Assembly: GCA_963662715.1 (NCBI GenBank)
Contig: OY759724.1
Span: 2,400,001 to 2,432,000 of the forward strand
Source of the DNA: Candidatus Omnitrophota bacterium
GTDB taxonomy: Bacteria; Omnitrophota; Gorgyraeia; Zapsychrales; JANLHA01
Direction: 5' to 3'
Length of the DNA: 32,000 bases
Position numbers and translations under genes: made by a program
Notes under the pieces: model-generated
What the model was told of the DNA's origin: nothing
The model's database searches: none
Seen by the model: only the letters and a program-made list of their open reading frames with translations
Part shown: positions 16,401-25,339 of the stretch, piece by piece
How the letters are laid out: every line of letters begins with the position of its first letter
Numbering within the stretch: position 1 is the stretch's first letter

Positions 16401-16613
16401 TATTATTTCGGCTTGTAGCCTGTCTTTAGGGCCATAGAAAGGGGCCAGGTAAGATCACGTGCCGGGAACAAGTCCCTGTATAAAGATTCGATGCCCCTGG
16501 CTTATAAGCATATTTCATGATATACACAATATTATATATAGCCGGCAGGTTGAGCGCGCGCAATGTCCAGGGGAGTCTATTTTTAACATAATCTACGATA
16601 AGGTTTTGGCCAA

Positions 16614-17597
16614 ATGAGTGAAATCATGTTTTCTGTTGTCATCCCGTTATACAATAAAGAGGCTTATATTAAGAGGACGATCGATTCTGTCCTGGAGCAG
16701 TCCTGCCGGAATTTCGAGTTGATTGTTGTTGATGACGGCTCTACGGATAAGAGTCATGAAAAAGTCCGGGAATACACCGATGAACGTATCCGTTTGATCC
16801 GGCGGGAAAACGGGGGGGAATGCGCGGCAAGGAATACAGGGATTGAGTCTGCGAAGTACCCGTATCTCGCTTTCCTGGATGCTGATGATAAATGGACCCC
16901 CGATTTCCTTGCGACGGTCCTGCAGCTTATTGAAAAATATCCGGAGGCGGGCGCTTATGTCACTTCCATGGACAAGGTGAACGTGCGGGGGGAGCGAAAA
17001 AGGCGGAAGATACACGGTGTTCCCACGGAGAAAACCGGGGACGGATTGATCGAAAATTTTTTCAAAAGTATCGCTTATGGGTTGCCGCCTATTATGCCGA
17101 GTTGTGTGTGTATCCCCAAGCGTGTTTTTGATGAAGTCGGGACATTTCCGGCCGGCGTCAAGAGGAACGGTGAGACAGAGGTTTGGTTAAAGGTGGCATT
17201 AAAGTACCCCGTGGCCTATAGCCCGAAGGTATGCGCTGTCTATCACCGGGATGTTGATGACAGCATTTGCAATAAATACCTTCCGGCTAAAATTCCGTTT
17301 GAAAAGATCATCCTTGATGCGATTGCCCAGGGGAAGATCGATAAAGAATCCGAGATTTATGCCCTGGAATTACTGGCCAAGATGAACCATATCTATGCGG
17401 GAAGGTATTTGATGGCCAATAAAACAGAACTGGCCCGCGACTGGCTAGGGAGGGTCAAGACGATCCGTATTTTATTGAAGATCAAAGTCTTCGCGTTATA
17501 CGTTCTGTCATATTTGCCGTATCCTTTCATTAAATGGGTCGGCTTCCATTTCGGGGATATGAAGGCCGAATTTGAGGAAATGGAGACTTTGCCATAA
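16614..17597 (+). CDS. Glycosyltransferase, GT2 family
   Basis: FSVVIPLYNKEAYIKRTIDSVLEQS, ELIVVDDGSTD and AFLDADD (the DXD motif) are typical of the GT-A fold. Confidence 0.9.
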   Translation: MSEIMFSVVIPLYNKEAYIKRTIDSVLEQSCRNFELIVVDDGSTDKSHEKVREYTDERIRLIRRENGGECAARNTGIESAKYPYLAFLDADDKWTPDFLATVLQLIEKYPEAGAYVTSMDKVNVRGERKRRKIHGVPTEKTGDGLIENFFKSIAYGLPPIMPSCVCIPKRVFDEVGTFPAGVKRNGETEVWLKVALKYPVAYSPKVCAVYHRDVDDSICNKYLPAKIPFEKIILDAIAQGKIDKESEIYALELLAKMNHIYAGRYLMANKTELARDWLGRVKTIRILLKIKVFALYVLSYLPYPFIKWVGFHFGDMKAEFEEMETLP

Positions 17598-17679
17598 CGT
17601 TATTTGTTGTCAGTTGCTCGGGACGGGATGTCCTGGTCCGAACACCGGGAGCGGACAGGGGGAAGATACCTGGTCTTTA

Positions 17680-19146
17680 ATGAATAAGAAAATACTAACA
17701 AATACTTTTTTTTATACAATTGTAACTTTTTTACCGCTGACCTTGAACTATTTTGTGTTGCCGTTCTTGACCCGGTATATGTCGGCGGCTGATTTTGGAA
17801 TTGTTTCTTTGGTCGGATCCCTGGTTAGCTTTTTGACGGTCCTTTTCGGGCTGCAAATGCATTCAGGCGTCAATAGGTTGATTTTTGATTATAAAGGAGA
17901 CGATAGAAAAAGTTATTTTTCCTCCCTGTTCTGGGCCATCACCCTGGTTTCCTTCCTTTTTTTGGCCATTTTTTTTGCAAGCGGAAATTTCTTGCGTAAA
18001 ATTCTTTTCTATAAAAACGATCTGGGCTTCTATCCCTACCTTTTCATCGCCGGTTTAAAAATTTTCTTTGCATTGCCCCTTTTGGTGACCCACCGTTTCT
18101 TTCGGGTCCTCGAGAAAGCCAAAATACTGGTCGTCATAACGTTTCTGACATCCACATTCAGTGTCGCGGTCACCCTGCTTTTTGTGATTCATTACAGGTT
18201 AGGGGCGACGGGTGCGTTGTCGGGGATTTTGGCCGGCACGGTCCTGACCTACCTTTGTCATCTGTATCACTTCCGTAAAATGCTGGTTTTGAAGTTCGAT
18301 AAGGATATGTTTCTGGAAAATCTGAAGTTCGGAATTCCTGCCATCCCGCATGGATTGGGAGGCTATTTATTCTTGTTCTCCGATAGAATCATTTTGGAGA
18401 AATTCGTGCCCCTGTCCGTGATTGGCGTCTATTCTATAGCCGATACATTTTCAATATTGTTGAAGCATATCGTCAATTCTTTTGACTTGTCGATACGGCC
18501 GATATTTATGAAGAAATGCCTGGGCTCGATTTCTGACGGGGTTGATTTTGCCCAGAGAATGTCCAGAGTTTGGTTTATTGGGCTGGGAGCGGCATATTTT
18601 GCAATATGTTTTTTCGGTGAGCTGATAATTAAACTCATGACCCCGCAGGAATTCCACGGCGCCGTTAACCTGCTGCCCATCCTGGCGTTGTGCTATGTTT
18701 TAAGAGGCATTTATATTTTTCCCCTCTATACATTTTATTTTCAGAAAAAAACGAAATACCTGTCTGCCATCACATTGCCGAGCGGCTTGCTTAACATCAT
18801 ATTCAATTTCATTCTAATCCCCTTAATCGGGGTCTACGGGGCCGCCCTGACCACTCTGGGGAGTTTTGTCTTTAATCTGACTTTTGCCAGGATCTACAGT
18901 AAGAACACCTTCAGGATCAACTTTTCTCCGCAGTCGATTTTAGCCCTTGTGCTCTTATGCGCTTTTACGATCATTCCGCATTGGATCATCCCGTTTGATA
19001 ATCTCGCTCTCCGCATGGTTCTGAAGCTTGCGATGTTCTTGTCAATAATATTCGTGATGTTGGCGTTAGATATCGGAGGAATAAGAGGGATGTTTAAAAA
19101 AATATTTCTCAAGGGGTCGTTGTTATTTACGGCCAGGGGGTGTTGA
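17680..19146 (+). CDS. wzx: Wzx-like polysaccharide/oligosaccharide flippase (polysaccharide biosynthesis protein family)
   Basis: From ATG 17680 the protein is 488 aa with about 12-14 hydrophobic spans, an architecture typical of Wzx/MOP exporters. The 36 residues upstream in the track ORF are non-hydrophobic and overlap the GT2 end. Confidence 0.75.
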   Translation: MNKKILTNTFFYTIVTFLPLTLNYFVLPFLTRYMSAADFGIVSLVGSLVSFLTVLFGLQMHSGVNRLIFDYKGDDRKSYFSSLFWAITLVSFLFLAIFFASGNFLRKILFYKNDLGFYPYLFIAGLKIFFALPLLVTHRFFRVLEKAKILVVITFLTSTFSVAVTLLFVIHYRLGATGALSGILAGTVLTYLCHLYHFRKMLVLKFDKDMFLENLKFGIPAIPHGLGGYLFLFSDRIILEKFVPLSVIGVYSIADTFSILLKHIVNSFDLSIRPIFMKKCLGSISDGVDFAQRMSRVWFIGLGAAYFAICFFGELIIKLMTPQEFHGAVNLLPILALCYVLRGIYIFPLYTFYFQKKTKYLSAITLPSGLLNIIFNFILIPLIGVYGAALTTLGSFVFNLTFARIYSKNTFRINFSPQSILALVLLCAFTIIPHWIIPFDNLALRMVLKLAMFLSIIFVMLALDIGGIRGMFKKIFLKGSLLFTARGC

Positions 19147-19148
19147 TC

Positions 19149-19898
19149 ATGAGAGACCGTGTTTTTAATAAGAAAAGTAAGATCGGGGATTTTGTGTTTG
19201 ATAAAAAGGTGGCAGATGTTTTTGACGATATGGTCAACCGCAGTGTCCCCAACTACAATGAAATCCAGCGTATGATTATTGAACAGTCTCTGCAATTCAT
19301 AAAACCTAAAACGAAGGTTTATGACTTGGGGTGTTCCACGGCCACAACGTTGTCTCTTTTGGCGAAAAATGTCGATGCGCGGTCTGTGACTTTTGTCGGT
19401 GTGGATAATTCCAGGCAAATGATCGCTAAGGCTGGCGAAAAGCTGCGAAAACACCGGCTGACCAACAGGGTGAAATTGCTCTGTGAGGACATTGTTAAAG
19501 TTAATGTCCAGAACAGTTCTGCCGTCATTATGACATTTACGCTGCAGTTTGTCAGGCCCCTGTACCGCGACGAATTGATCAGAAAAATTTATAATGGACT
19601 GACAGACGGAGGGTGCCTTCTTGTCGTTGAGAAAATTTTAGCGGATAATTCCATGCTTAACCGGCTTTATATTGACTATTACTATAATTATAAGAGAAGA
19701 AGGGCATACTCGGAAATGGAAATCTCGCAGAAAAGAGAGGCTTTGGAGAATGTTCTCGTTCCTTATCGGGCTTCGGAGAATATGGAGCTATTCACCAGGA
19801 ATGGTTTTGAAATTGCTGATATGTTTTACAAATGGTATAATTGGGCTGGCTTTATTGCGATCAAGCACAAAATATCCGGTTCTTCCAATAAGAAATAA
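19149..19898 (+). CDS. cmoA: Carboxy-S-adenosyl-L-methionine synthase (CmoA) orthologue
   Basis: Collinear by eye with E. coli CmoA over the whole length. Matching blocks are GDFVFDKKVADVFDDMVNRSVPNY, KVYDLGCS, VDNSRQMI, MTFTLQFVRP, IYNGLTDGGCLLVVEK, YSEMEISQKREALENV and NWAGFIAIK. The ATG lies 3 nt after the wzx stop, with an AGGGGG SD at 19135-19140. Confidence 0.85.
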   Translation: MRDRVFNKKSKIGDFVFDKKVADVFDDMVNRSVPNYNEIQRMIIEQSLQFIKPKTKVYDLGCSTATTLSLLAKNVDARSVTFVGVDNSRQMIAKAGEKLRKHRLTNRVKLLCEDIVKVNVQNSSAVIMTFTLQFVRPLYRDELIRKIYNGLTDGGCLLVVEKILADNSMLNRLYIDYYYNYKRRRAYSEMEISQKREALENVLVPYRASENMELFTRNGFEIADMFYKWYNWAGFIAIKHKISGSSNKK

Positions 19899-19973
19899 AA
19901 TAGCATGTGATATGTTGGGAGGGTGTTTTATTTTTTGTTTCTAAAATTATAAAGTTTTTAGAGGAGGATTGTC

Positions 19974-20822
19974 ATGTCCTTGAAAAAAAATCTTTTGAAG
20001 TTGAGCGCGCCTTTATGGGGGCTTCTTAAAATCCCGCATACCAATGATAGTATGCAATTTGAGGACTTTTATCATGACCTGAACATGCCGCTCATGGACG
20101 AGAACGAATATATCAGAACAGTCATGAACAGCATGTCTGATGAGGATATCATTTATCAGAAGGGGGAAAACCCCGAACGGGTGTTTAAAGACGGTGATTC
20201 TTTTATCCCGCGTAAGGGTTTAATCCTTATGGGAAAATATTTCATCGCCAAGAGACTGGAGCTCATCAAAAAGTATTCTAGTGATCTGGATCATAAAAGC
20301 CTGCTTGACGTGGGGGCAACGAGCGATGTCTTTTTCCGCTTCCTGAACAAGACCGGGGTGGGAGTCAATATTTCAGAAAGAGCTGTTCAGTACATGAAAG
20401 ACAAAGGAATCGAAGCTTTCGTAGGAAACGCCGAAGATCTCCAGTTCGGGGATAACAGTTTTGATTATTTGTTTTGCTTCGAAACCATAGAGCATTTGGA
20501 GAATCCAGTCCGATCCCTCCGTGAGCTCAAACGGGTTGCCAAAGAGGCGATCTTTATCACTATTCCCAACGTGCGGAAAACCAATTTGTGCACTTTTGAG
20601 TTCAAAGACCGGGGGATGCACCGGTGGCATTTCCTGGAGTTCAATAAAGAAGACTTTAAGAGAATCCTGAGTCGTGTCGGACTAAAGGTCGAATATGAGT
20701 TCGTTATCCGTCCCTTTGGAAAACCCAGGACATGGCGTCAAAAACTCTTTGTATATAGATGGAGAAATCATCCGTGGTTTATGGGTTTTGTTTTTATGAA
20801 AGTGAGTCCTGATGAATCGTAA
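19974..20822 (+). CDS. Class-I methyltransferase-fold protein (Methyltransf_11-like) with non-canonical motif I
   Basis: GAGGAGGA SD upstream. Blocks are LLDVGATSDVFFRFL (in place of GxGxG), NAEDLQFGDNSFDYLFCFETIEHLENP and AIFITIPN. The 3' end overlaps the neuB-like start by 11 nt. Confidence 0.7.
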   Translation: MSLKKNLLKLSAPLWGLLKIPHTNDSMQFEDFYHDLNMPLMDENEYIRTVMNSMSDEDIIYQKGENPERVFKDGDSFIPRKGLILMGKYFIAKRLELIKKYSSDLDHKSLLDVGATSDVFFRFLNKTGVGVNISERAVQYMKDKGIEAFVGNAEDLQFGDNSFDYLFCFETIEHLENPVRSLRELKRVAKEAIFITIPNVRKTNLCTFEFKDRGMHRWHFLEFNKEDFKRILSRVGLKVEYEFVIRPFGKPRTWRQKLFVYRWRNHPWFMGFVFMKVSPDES

Positions 20823-21633
20823 AATTAAAATCATCGCTGATCTCTCATCCAATCACATGGGAGACATTGACCTTGCCGAAAAAATGATAACGCGGGCAGC
20901 TGAAGCCGGGGTTGATTGCGTGAAACTCCAGTCCTGGCAAGCCGATCATCTCAGCAAAAATTTTAAGGGAGATTATGAGGCGACGTATCAGCGTCATAAA
21001 AAAACGGAGTTGTCCAACGACGACCATTATCGTTTGATGGAATTTTGCCGGCGTGCCGGAGTGGAGTTCCTGACGACGTGTTTCGACGTGGATAGAGTGG
21101 ACTTTCTCGCTTCCTTAGGGCTTAAGACCATTAAAGTCGCTTCCCCTGATTGCACGAGCAGGAGGCTTTTAAACAGACTGATGGAGAAATTCGAACAAAT
21201 CATTATTTCGACCGGAATGACGACAGATCAGGAGATAATCGAGACAGTCAAGTTCCTGGGAAATTATAATTATATCATGTTGCATTGCGTCTCCATTTAC
21301 CCGACCCCTCTGGGATCCTGCCACCTGAACCGGATCAATTGGCTCAAATCGCACGGCGCGGCCAGAGTCGGATTCAGTGATCATTCCGTCGGTGTCGAAG
21401 CCAGCATGGCGGCTATGACGATGGGTGTTGAAATTGTTGAGAAACATTTGACTTTGGACAAGTCTCTGCCAGGAAAAGACCAGGCCATGTCAACGACCCC
21501 GGAAGAGTTCCGCGAGATCTGCCGCTGGCGGGACCTCGCGGAGAAAATGCTGGGGGAGGAGAACCCGCCACTTTCTGAGGATGAAAAGGCGCTGAGGGAG
21601 ATATATATCGGGAAATGGGGGGATAATAAATGA
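20812..21633 (+). CDS. neuB: NeuB/LegI/PseI-family nonulosonic acid synthase, TIM-barrel only with no SAF domain
   Basis: IIADLSSNHMGDIDLAEKMITRAAEAGVDCVKLQSW, IKVASPD, LHCVSIYPTP, GFSDHSVG and VEKHLTLDK. At 273 aa it ends where the SAF/AFP-like domain of canonical NeuB would begin. Confidence 0.88.
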   Translation: MNRKIKIIADLSSNHMGDIDLAEKMITRAAEAGVDCVKLQSWQADHLSKNFKGDYEATYQRHKKTELSNDDHYRLMEFCRRAGVEFLTTCFDVDRVDFLASLGLKTIKVASPDCTSRRLLNRLMEKFEQIIISTGMTTDQEIIETVKFLGNYNYIMLHCVSIYPTPLGSCHLNRINWLKSHGAARVGFSDHSVGVEASMAAMTMGVEIVEKHLTLDKSLPGKDQAMSTTPEEFREICRWRDLAEKMLGEENPPLSEDEKALREIYIGKWGDNK

Positions 21634-22784
21634 CAAACATGCGAAAAATTTGTGTTGTGATTACCAGCCGGGCCAGTTACGCAAGAGTCAAATACTTGCT
21701 GAAAGCGATCCAGGCCCACCCGGAACTGGAACTGCAGCTCATCGTCGGAGCCTCAATCATGCTTTTCCGTTTTGGCAAAGCCATCGATATCATTCGTGAG
21801 GATGGGTTCGAGCCCGTTCGTACGATTTATTCTATTGTGGAAGGGGAAAGCCTGAACACCCAGGCCAAGTCAACCGGATTGGGTATCATTGAACTGGCCA
21901 CGGCCTTTGAACATCTCCGGCCCGATGTGGTTGTGACTGTGGCGGACAGATTTGAAACGATGTCAACAGCGCTGACGGCCAGTTATATGAACATCCCCTT
22001 GGCCCATGTCCAGGGGGGAGAGGTGAGCGGAAATATTGATGACTCTGTCCGGCACGCCATCACAAAGCTCGCGCATATTCATTTCCCTTCTACTCAAAAA
22101 AGCGCGGAAAGGGTGCTGCGGATGGGAGAGGAACCCTGGCGTGTGCATATGACGGGTTGCCCCAGCATTGATATCTTGAAACATGAAGATCTGACGGATT
22201 ACGCTTCTGTGTTGCAGAAATATGGCGGGGTTGGCCAATCCCTTGATTTGGGCCAGCCGTACATCCTGATGCTACAGCACCCCGTAACGACATCTTTTGG
22301 CCAGGGCTTTGGACAGATCAACAGCACTTTGGAGGCTTTGAAAAAACGTCCTGAGCAAAAGATTGTTTTATGGCCCAATATTGATGCGGGCAGCGATGAT
22401 GTGGCAAAAGGGATTAGATCATTCCGAGAAAGAAACAGGGACCTTAATTTTCATTACTACCGCAATTTTTCACCCGAAGATTATGCCCGTATCCTGAAAA
22501 ACGCCGTCTGCGCCGTTGGCAACAGCAGCTCCTTTATCCGTGAGGGGGCAGCTTTGGGGACGCCGGTGGTGATCGTCGGAGACCGCCAGGAAGGGCGGGA
22601 GCACGGCCAAAATGTTGTTTATTCGGGATATGATTGTGATGAAATTTTTGCCAAAATCGGGCAACAGGTGTCCCACGGTTCCTATGAGCCTGATTTGATT
22701 TTCGGGGACGGGAAGGCCGGGCAACGCATGGCGGACCTCCTGGCAAGAGTTGAACTGAAAATAAGGAAGTATATCACATTTTAA
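21630..22784 (+). CDS. neuC: UDP-N-acetylglucosamine 2-epimerase, hydrolysing type (NeuC/LegG family)
   Basis: KICVVITSRASYARVKYLL, VVTVADRFETMSTALTASYMNIPLAHVQGGEVSGNIDDSVRHAITKLAHIHF and GNSSSFIREGAALGTPVV. ATGA overlap with the preceding gene. Confidence 0.9.
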   Translation: MTNMRKICVVITSRASYARVKYLLKAIQAHPELELQLIVGASIMLFRFGKAIDIIREDGFEPVRTIYSIVEGESLNTQAKSTGLGIIELATAFEHLRPDVVVTVADRFETMSTALTASYMNIPLAHVQGGEVSGNIDDSVRHAITKLAHIHFPSTQKSAERVLRMGEEPWRVHMTGCPSIDILKHEDLTDYASVLQKYGGVGQSLDLGQPYILMLQHPVTTSFGQGFGQINSTLEALKKRPEQKIVLWPNIDAGSDDVAKGIRSFRERNRDLNFHYYRNFSPEDYARILKNAVCAVGNSSSFIREGAALGTPVVIVGDRQEGREHGQNVVYSGYDCDEIFAKIGQQVSHGSYEPDLIFGDGKAGQRMADLLARVELKIRKYITF

Positions 22785-22817
22785 CTTCGATTTAATTTTA
22801 ACCCGGGAGAATTTTTT

Positions 22818-23621
22818 GTGAAAGGACCAATATTTATCGGGGGATTGATGAAGTCAGGAACGTCTCTTTTAAGAGTGCTCCTGGCCAAACATCCCAATAT
22901 TTTCGGCGGATTGGAAACCCACTGGTTTTCTGATGACATTATCGTGGACTGGAAGGACTCGTCTTCTAAGAGACAACGATATCTCAGGGAATTTTTTGAT
23001 GTCAATGATTCCGAATTCGAAAAGATCAAATCCGAGGCATCCGATGGCGTGGATTTCTTTGACAGGTTTATGTTGTTTTGTGCCCGGCGTGATTCTAAGA
23101 ACCGCTGGGTTGAGAAAACACCGGACAATATTCTGCATATTTCGTCCATCAGGAAAAACTGGCCTGACGCGAAATTTATTCATGTCATGAGAGATCTCCG
23201 CGACATATACGCCAGCTGGAAGTCAAAAAAGAATATGGATATTGAGGCATTTCTTGCCAAAGCCCATGAGGTCTATGCCGGGCTTGAAGGAGTTGTCGGC
23301 AGGCCCGATGATTTTTACTTGGAAATCAACTATAATGACCTTGTTCTTGATACGAGGCGGACCATTGAGCGCGTTTTAAATCACATTGATGAGCCCTGGG
23401 TCGATGGGCTGGATTCAACCAGCGGGGATTCCGGCGAGTTTGAAAAGGTCTTGAAGATTACGGGGAAGGAAAGCGCAACTTTGAGTGCGTTGAAGCAGCC
23501 CATATTCTCCAGTTCTATTGGACAATGGGAAGATATCCTGAGTCAGGAAGAGTCTGATAGGATTGAGCGGGAGCTGGCCCCTTTTTGGGCGGCTGTATGG
23601 CAGTCCCGTATGGCCCATTGA
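22818..23621 (+). CDS. Sulfotransferase-family protein (PAPS-dependent)
   Basis: GTG start with a GGGAGA SD at 22804-22809. GGLMKSGTSLL matches the 5'-phosphosulfate-binding loop, and EKTPDNILH with HVMRDLRDIYASW matches the 3'-phosphate-binding region. Confidence 0.8.
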   Translation: MKGPIFIGGLMKSGTSLLRVLLAKHPNIFGGLETHWFSDDIIVDWKDSSSKRQRYLREFFDVNDSEFEKIKSEASDGVDFFDRFMLFCARRDSKNRWVEKTPDNILHISSIRKNWPDAKFIHVMRDLRDIYASWKSKKNMDIEAFLAKAHEVYAGLEGVVGRPDDFYLEINYNDLVLDTRRTIERVLNHIDEPWVDGLDSTSGDSGEFEKVLKITGKESATLSALKQPIFSSSIGQWEDILSQEESDRIERELAPFWAAVWQSRMAH

Positions 23622-23685
23622 TACTTAGCTGTTCCGGTGATGTTCCGAAATATTAAATCAAAAATCTACTGGCAATTTACTGTAT

Positions 23686-24624
23686 ATGTCTTTTTCCTCT
23701 GAAAGCCCCAAGCTAACCGTTGTCATGTTCCATTATATACGGGATTACAGCCGGACTCCGTTTCCCCGTATTAAGGGTATGGCTATCGAAGATTTCACGC
23801 TTCTGCTTAGAAAACTGAAGGATATTTATGAGATGGCCTCGCTCGAAGCTGCCTTGTCTTTTATCTCCGGAGACTATTCGCCCTCCCGGGATCTCTGTCT
23901 CCTGACTTTTGACGACGGGCTTAAAGACCACTATCACATAACCCCTTTACTCGCTGAAAATAAAGTGGCAGGTCTTTTTTTTGTCACAACGAAATGCATT
24001 GAACAGGGGCATGTTGCCAGTGTTCATAAAAATCATTTCCTGATGGCGAAATTGGATTTCCCTGATTATAAGAAATCCTTTATTGATCGTTTGATGTCTC
24101 TGAACCGGGAACTTGATATGACCGTCAGCAGCGAGGAGGCCCGGAAAACCTACCGGTGGGACTCGCCGGAAGTCGCGGAATTCAAGTATTTTCTAAACTT
24201 CCGCGTTCCGTCCGATTTGTGCCGTCGGGTTATTGATGAGCTTTTTGAGGCTGTCTTCGGCCCGGAAGAAGATTTTGCGAGAGATTTGTATCTCTCGTGG
24301 GACGAGGTCCGCGCCATGCAGGAAGAGGGGATGGTGATCGGGGGACATACGCATAATCATCTGGCCTTGTCTTCTCTGGATTATGCTGTCCAGGAAAAAG
24401 ACCTGCGGACCTGTCACGACCTGTTAAAAAGCCGTTTAAGCCCTCAGGCGTTGTGGCCCTTTTCCTATGCGTACGGCAAAAGAAATTCATTTAATTCTGA
24501 CAGTGTCCGAATACTCAAGGACATCGGCTTCTGCTGTTCTTTTGCAACGGAGGTCGGAATAAATTCCGTAAATACGGACCGGTTCTGTATCGGAAGGATT
24601 GATCCCAAGGATGTAGACTTATGA
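23686..24624 (+). CDS. Polysaccharide deacetylase (CE4 / NodB-homology) family protein
   Basis: LTFDDGLKDHY (CE4 motif 1, with the Asp-Asp pair) and GGHTHNH (the His motif). 312 aa. Confidence 0.8.
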   Translation: MSFSSESPKLTVVMFHYIRDYSRTPFPRIKGMAIEDFTLLLRKLKDIYEMASLEAALSFISGDYSPSRDLCLLTFDDGLKDHYHITPLLAENKVAGLFFVTTKCIEQGHVASVHKNHFLMAKLDFPDYKKSFIDRLMSLNRELDMTVSSEEARKTYRWDSPEVAEFKYFLNFRVPSDLCRRVIDELFEAVFGPEEDFARDLYLSWDEVRAMQEEGMVIGGHTHNHLALSSLDYAVQEKDLRTCHDLLKSRLSPQALWPFSYAYGKRNSFNSDSVRILKDIGFCCSFATEVGINSVNTDRFCIGRIDPKDVDL

Positions 24625-25331
24625 TAAGAGAATGCCTTGCCATTATTCCTGCTCGTGGGGGGTCTAAAGGGATCCCGAAAAAAAATTTAAGAGAATTATG
24701 CGGGAAACCCTTAATCCAATTCACTTTTGATGCCGCTAAGAAAAGCCGTCTTTTGACCCGTATCCTCTTGTCGACGGATTCCGAAGAGATTGCCGGTTTT
24801 GGCCGTTCGGAAGGGATTGACGTCCCGTTTCTTCGCCCGGCAGAGCTGGCGCGGGATGAGACGCCGACTCTGCCGGTTATTCAGCATGCCTTGTCGTATC
24901 TTAAGGATTCGGAAGACTACTCACCCCAAATTGTCGTTATGTTGCAGCCGACGGCCCCTTTGCGAAGTTCACAGAACATCGATGAGGCGGTAGAGCTCCT
25001 GATTTCCTCCCAGGCAGACTCTGTCGTGAGTGTTTGCGAGGTCCCCGGCCACTATAATCCTCATTGGCAGTTTGTTATAGAAGATAATAAGCTGAAAATT
25101 TTTACGGGGGAATCTTTCCCGGAGCTTATCAGCCGCAGGCAAATTCTCCCCAAAACGTTCACCAGAAACGGTGCGATATATGCGTATCACGCAGATAATT
25201 TGAATAAATATGCATCGATTTATGGATGGCATTGTGTGCCTTACATTATGTCCGGCGAACAATCTGTCAATATTGACAGCTGGGAAGACTGGTTGCTGGC
25301 CGAACTGCGATTGAAAGAATCGGACGGTTAA
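24621..25331 (+). CDS. neuA: Acylneuraminate cytidylyltransferase (CMP-nonulosonic acid synthetase, NeuA/LegF family)
   Basis: AIIPARGGSKGIPKKNLRELCGKPLIQ, LQPTAPLR and RRQILPKTFTRNGAIY. ATGA overlap with the CE4 gene. Confidence 0.9.
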   Translation: MIRECLAIIPARGGSKGIPKKNLRELCGKPLIQFTFDAAKKSRLLTRILLSTDSEEIAGFGRSEGIDVPFLRPAELARDETPTLPVIQHALSYLKDSEDYSPQIVVMLQPTAPLRSSQNIDEAVELLISSQADSVVSVCEVPGHYNPHWQFVIEDNKLKIFTGESFPELISRRQILPKTFTRNGAIYAYHADNLNKYASIYGWHCVPYIMSGEQSVNIDSWEDWLLAELRLKESDG

Positions 25332-25339
25332 ATCTGCTT

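Noticed and set aside
18894-19454. 186-aa minus-strand ORF spanning the wzx/cmoA junction. Similar antisense ORFs occur at 25415-25996, 30317-30880, 8869-9372, 4115-4534 and 4586-4954.
   Set aside because: All lie opposite ORFs with strong family motifs (Wzx TM pattern, CmoA, HD-GYP, SerRS). Their translations are low-complexity or Arg/Pro/Ser-rich, as expected for shadow frames.
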